Notes under the pieces: model-generated
The model's input: the letters and a program-made list of their open reading frames with translations, nothing else
The model's database searches: none
Told to the model about the DNA's origin: nothing
Origin: Octopus vulgaris
Taxonomy: Eukaryota
Assembly: GCA_951406725.2 (NCBI GenBank)
Contig: OX597817.1
Coordinates: forward strand, 13,640,001-13,704,000
DNA: 64,000 bases
Direction of reading: 5' to 3'
Shown here: piece by piece, positions 51,233-64,000 of the stretch
Layout: every line of letters starts with the position of its first letter
Position numbering within the stretch: position 1 is the first letter of the stretch
Translations under genes and position numbers: made by a program

Positions 51233-52115
51233 ATGTTACCTTGTAATTTGCTAGATTACAGAACCCCCTTGACTGAGCAGGTGGATAGGAGGTATAGAGA
51301 GGTTGCTTTCTGCTAGATTTTTTTTTAGGTTAGATCATGATAGAAAGTGCAGGTTTGATGCTGTGGAGGAGATTCATGGCTGCCTTACATTTCCCATTGG
51401 TAATTGTTGGTGGGTGGAATGCAGTTTGAAAGAGAGATAAATATTGTGATGATGAAGTGCTAGAAAATACTATCAAGAAGATGAATTGCAAAATCAGAAT
51501 GGGTGGATAAAGTTGCAAAAGATTGGGCAGAGAGTGAGAGATGAACAGAAATGTACTTGTGTGGGCCGGTCGAATTTATTTAGGCAGAGGTTTTGTGGTT
51601 GGATACTCTTCCTGTCACCAACCCTCACCTGCTTCCATGCAATGTTTCCATGGCCAGACATGTTTAAAAAGAAGGACACTGCTTGCATGACGATGGCACT
51701 CATTTCCATCTATCATGTAACATCACTGCAAGGAGATAACATATCTGTGTGCATGCACATACAAAAAGGTTTTTTTTCAGTCTCTGTCTACCAAATCCAC
51801 TCATGGTGCTTTGATTGGCCCAGGGCTATAGCAGAGGATGCCCAATGTGCCATGCAGTGGGACTGAACCTGGAACCATTTGGTTGGGAAGCAAACTTCTT
51901 ATAACACACCCACACTTACATATCTGTCTGTCTGTCTATTCATCTATCTATCTGTCTATTTCTCCAGTTGTCTGTCTGTCTATCGAGCTGTGTATGCATA
52001 TATCTGTCTATGTATCTATCTGTCTATCTCTCTCTCTCTATCTATCAGTCTGTCGGTGTGTCTATCTATGTGTGTATATGTATCCATAGATATATTCACA
52101 TATACATACAAATAT

Positions 52116-52403
52116 GTGGAGGCGCAATGACCCAGTGGTTAGGGCAGCGGACTCGCGGTCTCAGGATCGCGGTTTCGATTCCCAGACCGGGCGTTGTGAG
52201 TGTTTATTGAGCGAAAACACCTAAAAGCTCCACGACGCTCTGGCAGAGGGTGGTGATCCCTGCTGTACTCTTTCACCACTCTTTCTTCTGTTGGCCTGCT
52301 CGCTTAGCCAGTGGGGTGGCGTCATTCGAAGGCTAAAATAATGCGAACGCATTGTGACCAGCGATGTGTAACAACATCTGATGGTCTGGTCGGTCACGTG
52401 ATC
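52116..52403 (+). mobile_element. tRNA-derived SINE family D (different 3' end)
   Basis: Same head as 17025-17421. TSD ACATACAAATAT at 52104-52115 and 52404-52415. Confidence 0.88.
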
Positions 52404-54039
52404 ACATACAAATATATATATGCATGTTATATATAACCATACAGATATATATATATTAGATATATATATATAATTACATATGCGTGCAAAATGAGTGATT
52501 AAATGCTACTTTAGGCATGGCATAGGCACCAAATAGCACTCTGAGAGAATCTTAAACTCCAATTATTTTAGAGTGAGGTGGCCCAGTTGGCCAGAAGAAC
52601 TATCAAAATTGAGTGGGTGTGGAAGTAGACAGACAGTCACTCAATAACAGGTGTAAGGAATGTATTTACATGAAAAGTTGTGTATAAAATATACGAGATC
52701 TTATCAAGTCATATCTTCACAGGTGTTTCAAATAACAATGCATATTATACAAACAGGTGCAATATTGAGGTAATGTTCTAGGTATACAGGAAGGCAAAGT
52801 AAAATATCGACTAGTGCAAATTTTGATAACCCTAAGCAACAGTTATATATATATATATATATATGAAAAAACAAGTCAAGATAGAAAATGCTAAAATAAT
52901 TTTATTAAAGAACATTTCAGTACCGGTTTCGGTCATTTTGAGACCTTTTCAACTGTAACGATTAAATAATTAAATTTAGAAAAATTAAAAGAAATGTTTT
53001 TTTAAAGGAATATTTGTATAGTGTTCAAATATAAGTGGCATTTTCCTTGTTTCTACCTTTCTCTGTCTCTCTTGTTTGCACTTGTGTGTTCGAAGAATAT
53101 ATATATATATTCTTTTGCTTGTTTCAGTCATTAGACTGCAACCATTCCGGGGTACTGCCTTGAAGAATCTTTGACGAACAAATCAACCCCAATATTTATT
53201 GTTTTTTAAGCTTGGTACTTATCTTATCAGTCGTTTTTGCTGAACTGCTAAGTTACGAGGATGTAAACACAACACCAGTTGTCAAGCAGTGGTGGAAGAT
53301 AAACACACCCACACACACATTTGATGTGACAGGCATCTTTCGGTTTCCATTTACTGTATCCACTCACAAAACTTTGATTGGCCCAAGGCTGTAGTAGAAG
53401 ACAGTTGCCTAAGAGGACACACAGCAGGACTGAAACCAGAACCATGAGGTTAGGAAGCAGACTTCTTACCAAACAGCCACACCTATACTCATAATACTAA
53501 TAGATATTAATAGACACACACACACACACACACATATATACTCATCTATATATTATCAGTCCAGGCATGATTGTGTGGTTAAGAAGCATGACTTGCAGCC
53601 TGGGGTTCAGTTCCACTGCTCGGCACCTTAGGTCAGTGTCTTCTACTATAGCGCTGGGACAACTTAAGCATTATGAATGAATTTGATTGATGAAAACTGT
53701 GCAGAAGCATGTCTTATGTGAGTGTGTGTGTATGTGTGTGTGTGTGTGGGTGTTAATCTTTGTGTTTCTTCGTCTATCCAGCACACGACAACCTATGTTG
53801 ATTTCTTTCTGACTTCATAACTTAACAGTTCAGCAAAAGACACCAGTAGTATAAAAACAAGACTTTATAAAAACCAGTGCTGGGGTCTTAGCTGTTTGAC
53901 TAAACTTATCAAGACAGTACGACAGCATGGCAGCAGTTTGGTGAATATACACTAGTAGAAGATTTTGTGCTCCAGCATGGCTGCAGTTCTCAAGCTGTAT
54001 CTAGTAAAGAAAACACACACTTATGTACATATTTACTAT

Positions 54040-54304
54040 ATAAATGTTTGTGTAGGTGTATGTGCATATGCATATATTTGTATGTGTGTATATATATATA
54101 TATATATGTATGTATGTAAATGTGTGTATATATGTGTATGTGTGTATATATATATATGTATGTAAATGTGTGTATATATGTGTATGTGTGTATATATATG
54201 TATATGTGTGTGTACATATATATTTATATATATTTATATATATATATATGTATGTATATGTGTGTATATATATATATATGTATATGTGTGTATATATATA
54301 TATA

Positions 54305-54346
<42 letters not shown>
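54040..54346. repeat. (TA)n/(TG)n compound microsatellite
   Basis: Directly visible. Confidence 0.9.
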
Positions 54347-54347
<1 letters not shown>

Positions 54348-54948
54348 TTTATCGTTTATCGTATGTTACTAATAACATGTAATTCAGCAGAATTTGTCAC
54401 ATTTTCTCTCTGTCATTGAGTAACCCTAACCCTAACTGTTCCACTTGGGCAAAGGTAGTGGATTTTGCTAGACACCTTACAGTAACATGTCAATGGGTAG
54501 ATGGACTCAGTAGAGTCAACAGCCATCATTAATCTTTGGCCATCTCTCTAGGCTCAGGAAAATCTGATTCTAACACCCGTGACTCTGTTTGCAACCAGCG
54601 ATGTTATATGGACAGTGGAATTTGCCCTTGAAAGAGAGCTTGGCCTTTCCTTTCATTAAGAACCCTCAAATACAGGTGTTACTTGATTTTTTTAACATCT
54701 CTGTTGTGTGTTGCATATGATGGGTTAGTGTAGAGAAAGGTAAAATATTCAGTGAAAGGTTCAATGGTGGAATGAAGGCACGTGTCACTCTGGGTGGCAA
54801 GCTACCTTAGCACCTGCTGCCAGAGGAACTTGTCTATGCCATGTCTGTGCTGCTCATGTTTAAGGGATCGTTAAGCAATGGCATTGATCAAATTCAGGTT
54901 GCAGCACCTGTGTGTGTGTGTGCGTATGTATATAAAGCTATTTATAAG

Positions 54949-54986
<38 letters not shown>

Positions 54987-55104
54987 GGTGTGTGTGGTAA
55001 GTAGCTTGCTTACCAACCACATGTTTCTGGGTTCAATCCAACTGTGTAGCACCTTGGGCAAGTGTCTTGTGAGTGGTAGACGGAAACTGAAAGAAGCCTT
55101 CGTA

Positions 55105-55168
<64 letters not shown>

Positions 55169-55350
55169 ATCTGTTTTTGTCCTCCCTCAGATCACTTGAC
55201 AACTGATGGTGGTGTGTTTAGGTCCCCGTAACTTAGTGGTTCGGCAAAAAAGACTTAATGAATAAGTCCTGGGGTCGATTTGATTTGACTAAAGGCGGTG
55301 CTCCAGCATGGCTGCAGTCAATTGACTGAAAAAAGTAAAAGAATAAAAGA

Positions 55351-55353
<3 letters not shown>
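54987..55353 (+). mobile_element. SINE family A (diverged, with deletions)
   Basis: TGTGTGGTAAGTAGCTTGC head and GTAAAAGAATAAAAGAA tail. Confidence 0.8.
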
Positions 55354-55394
<41 letters not shown>

Positions 55395-56350
55395 ATATAG
55401 AAGTGTCTATATAAATATGTATATGTAGATATGTTTGTATATGTGCATGTGTAAGTGTCATATATTTATGCAAATTTGTGTGTGTGTCTATGTATGTGTT
55501 TGTATTTGTATATGTGTGCATGTATTTCTATGCTTCTTTCTATGTGTATACATTCATATAACCATGTCTGTATGTTGTCGGTCACGGGTTGATATGTCAC
55601 TAACTGCATGACCTTGGCATAGTTGGTTAGCTAGAGGAGTGGCTGCTTAAGTTAAGTAAGGTAAAAGCAAGGCTGTTGCAGCCAGTGGTACTGTGTGCAT
55701 GTGTGTGTTTTTAAACATAAATTCATAACAGAATGTCTCATAGAAATGTAATAGTGTCACTATTAGTTTCTGATGGCTGTGTTAGATATACCCGTAGTCA
55801 CTCTCACCGGCTATGTTGATAATACAAACGTATAATATGCACTTAAGAAACCTAAAGATAATGCAAAACTACAGAAAGTCCTGAAGAAAATAAAATGTTA
55901 TTCAATGCTGGGAAATTTCATATACTCCTCTGTAACCCATGTAGAAATTGTAATTAGAATATATAAAACCAGTGTTTATTGCAATCCTGGTATTACAATC
56001 CTGGTGTGTGGTCTGGGAATTAGCATAAATAATGGTGCCTCGTTCTGTGTACATGTTACTAAGATAGCAACAATGTGCTGGTGACACTTTGGTTTCTGGA
56101 ATCAGTCATTACAAAAAAAAAAAAAATGAAACAGTGGTAGTTCTGTGAAAAACATTTATTTTCAGTCATCTTTTCACGGTTGTAATTGCCAAGTATATTC
56201 AAACTAACAGTGGAGATTGAAGCATTCCAGTGCTGTTATACCAAGAATATTGCCTTAGTGCAATAGATCAACTACTGGTAGCGCTAAAAGAACTGAGGTT
56301 CTGCTCCCTGGAAAGAAGTCACAAAAGATATGCAATGATATATATATATA

Positions 56351-56732
56351 GGCGTAGGAGTGGCTGTGTGGTAAGTAGCTTGCTTACCAACCACATGGTT
56401 CCGGGTTCAGTCCCTCTGCGTGGCACCTGGCAAGTGTCTTCTGATAGCCTCGGGCCGACCAAAGCCTTGTGAGTGGATTTGGTAGACGGAAACTGAAAGA
56501 AGCCTGTCGTATATATGTATATATATGTATATGTGTGTGTGTTTGTGTGTCTGTGTTTGTTCCCCCAACATCGCTTGACAACTGATGCTGGTGTGTTACG
56601 TCCCGAAACTTACGGTTCGGCAAAATGAGACCGATAGAATAAGTACTAGGCTTACAAAGAATAAGTCCTGGGGTCGATTTGCTCGACTAAAGGCGTGCTC
56701 CACATGGCCACAGTCAAAATGACTAGAAAAAG
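56351..56732 (+). mobile_element. SINE family A
   Basis: Matches 483-896 with several single-base deletions. Confidence 0.88.
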
Positions 56733-56827
56733 AATGTTAATTGGTTAAGTACGTTTTGTGAAAGTTATACCAATCTCTGAGCTAGACACCACTGCATAGT
56801 ATGAAGGTCCAACCCCTCGATCTAGAG

Positions 56828-57106
56828 CAGTGGTTCTCAAAGTTGGTAGTACTTACCCCTTGGGGGCAGTGGAAAGATCTAGGGGGTGTTGAAGAAAAGT
56901 GAGATGATAATGGGGTGGCCTAAATGGGGTGATTAGATGTAAAAAAAATGTTAATAAGTTAATTAGTTTTAAGTTTTGTGAAATACAATTGTTTTGAATT
57001 TGCTGCAGAAAATGGTCTATATTTGTGGTGGGTAGAGTGAGGGGGCGCTAAGAATGTGGCCTGGGTGCCAAGGGGTCAGCAGCTTGAAAAAGTTTGGGAA
57101 CTACTG
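56828..57106. mobile_element. hAT (Charlie-like) MITE
   Basis: Ends CAGTGGTTCTCAAA / TTTGGGAACTACTG, with degenerate 8-bp TSD ATCTAGAG / ACCTTGAG. Confidence 0.75.
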
Positions 57107-57399
57107 ACCTTGAGTAATGATACAATACCGTAACAGTTTAGCATTCAAGGGCTCACAGATGTTTTTCAATACCTTTCCAAAATCCATGAGGCATAGATGT
57201 GGTTGTATTAAAAAAAACAAAAACATTCACAGAAAAGACCCAAGTACCAGATGAACCCACTTTATAGCAAGAAACATAAACGAGGACACTGCTCTCCAAC
57301 TCCTTCATTCACCAAGACCCTAACTGAAAATGGGTCATAGAAATGAAATGAAATATACTAATCACTAATGGTTATGCTCCAGCACGGCCACAACCCCCC

Positions 57400-57434
<35 letters not shown>

Positions 57435-57539
57435 ATCTGTGTGCGTATGTATATATGTAGATGTATGTACACTTACGTATATATTATTAATATATTCATC
57501 TATATCATCATGTTTTTACAAATGTATTTATAAATGTAT

Positions 57540-57607
<68 letters not shown>

Positions 57608-57653
57608 TACGTTTATTAATTTGTTTTGAAATCGTGTGTTGAAACAGAGATGG

Positions 57654-57939
57654 TTATATTTCGGGACGGTCATTTTTTTTCTCACCAAATTAACACACGC
57701 ACTATATATTCATTCGTTCTCTACTTGTTTGTTATCGTTCCTATTGTATGTCTAATGTCTGGAAATCTTTCGTCAAACTTCCTGTGACCTCTTTAGCGAC
57801 TCTCCATCCCATGTGTCTCATCCTCCAAAGACCGAAAAAACAGAACAGGAGACACGTGTAAACACGTGAAAAGCGAATTTATAGTGCATGTGTTTATTTG
57901 ACAAGAAAAAAAAAGAAAAATGACCATCCCGAAATATAA
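57654..57939. mobile_element. MITE-like element with ~50-bp imperfect inverted repeats
   Basis: TTATATTTCGGGACGGTCATTTTT ... AAAAATGACCATCCCGAAATATAA. A related fragment lies near 33307-33330. Confidence 0.65.
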
Positions 57940-58074
57940 ACAGTATTTATGAAAGAGACAGGTTTCTATTAGAGACCCTTGGAGCCGAATCGAACTGTTT
58001 TAAATACTACATGTAACTCCCTAGTAAATAAATATGTTGAGTACCTTTTTCTTTTGTTTGTCCACTCGCTCGTG

Positions 58075-58106
<32 letters not shown>

Positions 58107-58486
58107 GACATATATATATGAACGTAAGTGTAGATTTGCTTTTACACACAAATACACACACACAAGGACTTCTTCAGTTTTATAAATCTTTACTATTTAA
58201 AGTAGTAAAATAGAAAATTTCTTTTCTTGTTGCATCATCCTTCTTTTTTCTTCGTACTCTTTTGCAACTGATATCCCTGCTCTACTTAGAATGAATTAAT
58301 TGTGAAGTAAAATCGATACTTGATATTAAAGTTCCATTTACTGTAAGTGTGGCACACGTCAGGAATTTTATTGGTGTTTTGCCTTAATTCTATTTAAATA
58401 CACATCATTTTTTTCAGTTAATTGCGAAAATAATGAAATATTAAAAATAACAAGATCGCTATTAACCCATTTGGTACATAAATTGG

Positions 58487-58698
58487 TTTAAAATTTTGGC
58501 ACAGGGCCAACAAGTTCGGGGAAGGGTGTAAGTCAATTACACCGAACCCAGTCCTCAACTGGTACTTTTTTTATCGACCCCGCAGGGATGAAAGGCAAAG
58601 TCGACCTCGGTAGAATTCGAACTCAGAACGTAAAGACGGACGAAATGCTGCTAAGCATTTTCTCCGGCGTGCTTACAATTCCACTAGTTCGCCGCCCA
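58487..58698 (-). mobile_element. SINE family B-type insertion
   Basis: 18-bp TSD ATTTGGTACATAAATTGG at 58469-58486 and 58699-58716. Confidence 0.88.
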
Positions 58699-59290
58699 AT
58701 TTGGTACATAAAATTGGCTAGCAATTTTGGTAGATTTTAATTTAGAATCACTTTAATGCAGGAAGTTTGTATTATAGACCCAGGGGCGGTTTTAGGTGGG
58801 TTGCTATCAGAAAGGGCTTACGTGGAGTTCAAATTTGAGAAGACGAAAGAGAGAAAGAGGGGTAAAAAGGGTATTCATAATAATTCTTCTTCTCAATTAG
58901 TATTCTGTTGGTGGCAGAAACCTGATCAAAGTTAATTTCATTTCACATACATAAGGGGAATAATGTATTTGCGAAATTTTAAGTGAAGATTAAATCTGGT
59001 AAAAAAATAAATAATAATTTTTAACCACCATCCTCCCCCCCCAAAAAAACTCCAAGAAATTTTATATCAAATGTCCTAACTATTTTCTCTTCTTTACTGT
59101 CAATGCCCTTTCTGTACTTAGTAAAAATCATGCATGTCCCCCAAAATACTGTCCCGACGCTTATAAAGTTGTGGCCTTGTGTCTGAGAAACGCTTATTAT
59201 TGTCAGAGTTAAATGATTATGATTTCATGACTATTTGTTCCTTAAAGATTAATTTTTGTGTGTGCGTGTACACAAACACACACGTAGAGA

Positions 59291-59321
<31 letters not shown>

Positions 59322-61055
59322 GTGGGGGTTAAATTAAAGTGTGGACTTTGTGAGTATTTCTCATTTTCCTGTCCTCTATACAATTTCTACTTATCTTCTG
59401 TTCATTATCAAATTCAGTCTTGGTACACGCCCCAATCATCTATTTTAATATTCTCTTCAGTAGCGACAGGGCATGCTAGCGAGACGAGCACACGTGGTTG
59501 CGATAAATCAGTTCTCCGAAAATTGTTTGAATATGTAAATGTAAAACATTTGCATTTCTTAGATTTCTGGTTCACAATTAAGTACATCTTGTTTCCTTAA
59601 ATCCTTACATATGTTTGTTTGGCTTTTGAGCGTGTTTTGTTCGGGGGGTTTTTTCTTTTTTTTTCTTTTTTTTTTTCTTTCTATAAGCGGTAATAAGTTA
59701 TCTTTTGAAGTTAATTTGACAATAAAAATCTTTGGACAACCATTTGGTGTTTGAATGATTAACGATTGAATGATCCATATTTTCCTATAGTAATTGTAGA
59801 ATGAAGTAGATGTGGAGACAGCGCTGACGAAACGATCTCTGAAAGTCTTCTTGGTGGGTGACACGCCTTCTCAACCGTCAAAATCATTCTCCCCCTTATT
59901 TATTGGTCCATCGGTTATGTTATATATAAAAAAAAAAGAACAGAAAAAGAAAGAAAAAAATATGAATACAAAGACCTTTTTTTGTAGACACATACACAAA
60001 CACACATACGCACCCACATATACAAACACATACACACACTACACGCGCGCGTACACACACACACCCCGCTCCACTCGTAGAATCTTAGCGTAATAATTGT
60101 TTTATATACGTGACGTGTGTGTGTGTGTATATAAATAAACGCACTTAAATATATAAAATCCATGTGTAAAACCTATGCACCATCATTACCATCATCACCA
60201 CCACCCCCACTACCACCACCACCACCACCATTGTCATCATCATCGTTATTATTATTACCTCAGAAATCAGTATTAAATATTGGTTAAGTTGATTTTGTAT
60301 TAAGTATTTTGTGAAAATTAAAGTTAGTTCCACTTAAATGTTTTATCCAGAGGAAGTCCGGCTCGGATAAAATTTCATTGAGAGTAATTTATTGTTTAGT
60401 CATACGAAGTGGTGAAGGAGTGTCTCATGTGACAGTTATGTGAGTGGGATAAACATTTTCCTTCAAGTTTCGTATAGGCGGGTCCCACTAGTCTACTTTC
60501 GTTTTTAAAAAAAACTATAGATAAATCCCTATTTTAGTTACCCTTACATAAATATTTATTCCTTACTTTCCAATGTTGGAAAAAAAAAAAAAAAAAATGA
60601 ATAAAATTTTAAGTTTTGTATTTTATAGACTTTTAGTTGTGATAATGAAATAAAACAATGTTTATTTGTTTAAAAAAATCCAAGTTACTGTTCAACCTTT
60701 TTCAGTGTATTTATTAGTTTGAAATCAACGTTAATTGATATATCTGTTCAACAGGTACTTTTGCTACTCATCATTATCATGTTCCCACAAATAGATTTCC
60801 TTTGATACAAGAACACTATTGTCATATTTTACTTTGTCAAAGTTTCTTTTATCTTCCTTCATAGCTGAGTCAGGAAACTATAGTGTTAACTCTTTGATTA
60901 AATATTTGAAATGAAATGAAATAAAATGAAGTAAAATAAAATAAAATAAGAATTTATGTATGTTTTATTTTATTTTAATAGTTATTTTTATAATTAAGTA
61001 GATTTTTTTTTTTATTAAATTGTAATTGTTTGCAATTATGATAAAAATATTTCAG

Positions 61056-61172
61056 GTTCATTTGAAGTCTCAGTTTATAATGAATGGAGTTTGTGTTATT
61101 TGGCGTGGATGGATAGATTTGCATCGTTTGGATGGAATTGGTTGTCTAGAATTTGATACTGAAAGAGCTGAG
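61056..61172 (+). CDS. CBFB: CBFB coding exon 4
   Basis: Acceptor TTTCAG|, translates VHLKSQFIMNGVCVIWRGWIDLHRLDGIGCLEFDTERAE (hallmark NGVCVIWxGWIDLxRLDG), 117 nt, donor GAG|GTAATT. Confidence 0.97.
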
Positions 61173-63449
61173 GTAATTAAATAATGTTCTTGAAATTCAA
61201 GACTTGATTTTTTTTTTCTCCATAATATTCCTTTGTTTCCAAATTAATTACTGCCTATTTCTAGAATAAATTTAAGCCATTGAATAAATGTTATCTTAAG
61301 AGAAAAAAGTTTACCATTTCAATGACATATCTATGTTTTGAATATTTAATTTGTTTCTTCAATTAATATTTTCTATTCTGATAAACCTTTTTATTTTCCA
61401 AATAATACATGCTTAATAAATTATTTGTAATATACATTAGTAGTTCAATAAATATTTCAAGTATCATAACAAACATTGTTCTAATTTCTTCATATTTGTT
61501 AGAAATGTGATAACTTAAAGTATTGTCTAACTTGGGAGTTAATTCCTGTCTTCATATATTGCCATTAAAACTCATTAAGTAATCAACCTTGTATAATTTC
61601 AATATATTCTGTTAAAATTTAGTTTATCTATGATTGGAAGCATATGGATCGCTGTAGGCTTTTTATTATATTTTTTTGTCACTTAACCACAGAGCATATG
61701 TATTAATTTGCAAACTGTGAGGGGAGTCACTTTTGAGATGGGCATCAGATGTTGTTATTCTAATATTTATTCTTTAGCTAAATGACTTTTTTTTTTTTTG
61801 CTTTCTTTCTTTCCCTTCTTTTTTTTTTAAATGTCATTTACATAAGTCTGGTAAATTAGCATTTTATGAGTTTCTAGGAGGATAATTACAAAGATCAAAA
61901 CCTAGTTTTAAATATTCATGAAAACAGTCTGGTATTTCCTAGTAAACAGTTATAACCACATTATTATTATTACTGTGGAAAATGAAAGGATTAAAAACAT
62001 AAAAAAAAGTAATAGTTTTGTTTAACAAAGCTAATAAAAAAGGGGAAAAGAGAATCTATTAAATGTAATTGAAGACTCGAAGAAAGCAATTTTTTTTCTT
62101 TTTGTTTAGAATGAACAATATTCTAACAAGCCCTTTCTTTCTCTATTATGACCATTTCCAAAGTCTTCATAGGTTGCAAATCTCTTCTATTTATCTTTTG
62201 CTGACTGTTGGAGACAGAATTAACAGTCTATTTTGGGTGGAGATTTGAAGATAGAATTAGGCTTTCATTACCAAATCTCATTGGATTTGCACTCAGTCAC
62301 AGCATTGAGTATGGGGCTCTGTAAGCAGATATCTATCTTTATGTTTAATCTCTTAATTAAGCCATATGTTGCTGAACATTGAATTAATACACATGCCATA
62401 AGGGAGTTTCCCTGCTGAAGGCTCTTAGTTTGTCAGCTTTGATTTTCCTCCACCATATCACTCCCACTTCAGTCCTCACTCAATTACACACACACTTTGA
62501 CCTTCATCTTACATCCATCTGCCACCTAGAGACTGGAAAATACCTAAGACAAAAGAAACAAAGGCCTTTAGAACAAAACTGGGGCCTCTGCAGACGTTCT
62601 GAACCCACACACTCCTCCACTGCACATGTTTACCAACAATAGCTGTCAGATGGCCTACCACCCCAACACACCTTATGAAATTCATAAGTTGGGGCTGGCA
62701 AAACAAGAAAATTAAACTTTTGTGGGACAATGGGAACAAAAAGACAAAGAAAAAAATCAATACCAGGCTGGGAACATAGTACAGATCAGCTGTCCACCAA
62801 AACTCACACCTTTATTAGCCTCTATTTTTTTTAATTTGGAAAAGCAAATGGTGCCCTAAGAACCATATGCAGACAGCCTCCCAGGCCTGCAGGCTTATAA
62901 TAACAGGAAAACCAATTAAAAACTGGCATTGTTGGCTGTTTATGTAGACAGCTGATGACATTTTTCTCTCACTTTTAAGCCACTCATTTTGAACACCCTA
63001 GGGTCACCTTTTGTCAGGTCTTGCTGCAATTTGCCTTATCAGCTGCTAGAAACCAGCCTGCTTTGGACATAGATTACTTGTCCATCTCAACATGGTAGAT
63101 AGAAGAGTGTCTTTGTCATTAGGGAAAGTTCCAGGTGATATGTATATCTTTCAAAACAACCCTTAGGAAAGTTAGAAGAGAAATGTGAGATATCCTTGAA
63201 CAGTTCACATGGGAAAGTTTTGAATCAGGCATAGGATACCTCTAACATCAGTTGCTACTTCTGTTTTTTCTCATTGATTCCATATTATTTTATTTTATTT
63301 TATTTTATTTTATTCTATTCTTCCCCTTTTTTTTTTTACAAATACATTTTTATGAATGAACTTAGAATTAAATGTTCTTTTCATTCAAGTTTCTTATAAC
63401 AATACTTGTTTGATTTAAACTTATTGTTAAGTGAATATCTAATATTCAG

Positions 63450-63608
63450 GTTGAAGATGCTGTATTAAGAGAACAGACCGATCAATATAACAGAAGAATA
63501 CGTGGTTTTGAAGAAAGACAGAGACAATTTAGAGAACAAGAAGTAAGAAGAACTGAAGCTGAGGTAGTACAAGCTTTGTTGCATATATCAGAAGGCTGCA
63601 AGTCTTGA
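63450..63608 (+). CDS. CBFB: CBFB coding exon 5 (3' boundary uncertain)
   Basis: Acceptor ATTCAG|, translates VEDAVLREQTDQYNRRIRGFEERQRQFREQEVRRTEAEVVQALLHISEGCKS* (TGA 63606-63608, 186 aa total). Alternative in-frame donors after 63542 and 63563 are possible. Confidence 0.85.
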   Translation, partial: VEDAVLREQTDQYNRRIRGFEERQRQFREQEVRRTEAEVVQALLHISEGCKS

Positions 63609-64000
63609 TATGAATTTAATTTTAAGTCATTCCATCATTTTAAAAAAACTCCATTAAATTAGATATTTTCAAACAATTATATATTAAATTTTAATTTCAC
63701 AAAAATTCAAATGTAAATTAAATCTATCAAAAATATGGACTTATTTTGATTATTTATTCAATCTATTTATTTTAATACATTTATTTCTTGAACATCTTAG
63801 TACTATTTTGAAAGGGAAGTTAAAACCAATTTTTAATCAACTCTTCACTCTCATTGCATTCCAGTTTTATTCGCAAATTTAAAACAAAGCAAAATGGACA
63901 GCAATTAGAGTTTTTACTTCAGAAAGAAATAGCAAGAAAACTGCATACAAAATTAAAGGAAAAATATAAAAAAGCATATGATACAATGTATTTTCTTTGT

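Noticed and set aside
52116-52190. tRNA-like sequence
   Set aside because: It continues into a SINE body flanked by TSDs, so it is a SINE head and not a tRNA gene.
54421-54436. TAACCCTAACCCTAAC telomere-like repeat
   Set aside because: Fewer than three units, too short to call an interstitial telomere.
59824-59850. CTGACGA...GAAAGTC hammerhead-like core
   Set aside because: The intervening AACGATCTCT cannot form stem II.

Overview
AT-rich, repeat-dense eukaryotic DNA, most likely an octopus (inferred from the tRNA-derived SINE families and abundant (TA)n/(CA)n microsatellites). One protein-coding gene is confidently recognisable: the RUNX partner CBFB (core-binding factor beta) on the + strand, with five phase-0 coding exons (44062-44139, 44280-44366, 44757-44876, 61056-61172, 63450-about 63608) and a 16 kb third intron. 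The left 40 kb looks like intronic DNA of an unidentified, divergently transcribed minus-strand gene, for which I find only low-confidence candidate exons. The rest is four SINE families, decayed RTE/CR1/L2 LINEs, non-autonomous Helitrons, hAT/piggyBac/mariner MITEs, and Penelope-like fragments with degenerate hammerhead-ribozyme architecture. Nearly all ORFs in the supplied track are repeat artefacts. I found no convincing wholly new biological system. The best leads are the CBFB isoform and regulatory features, the hammerhead-like hairpin relics, and an apparent SINE target-site preference. Repeat boundaries were read by eye and are approximate unless target-site duplications (TSDs) are quoted.
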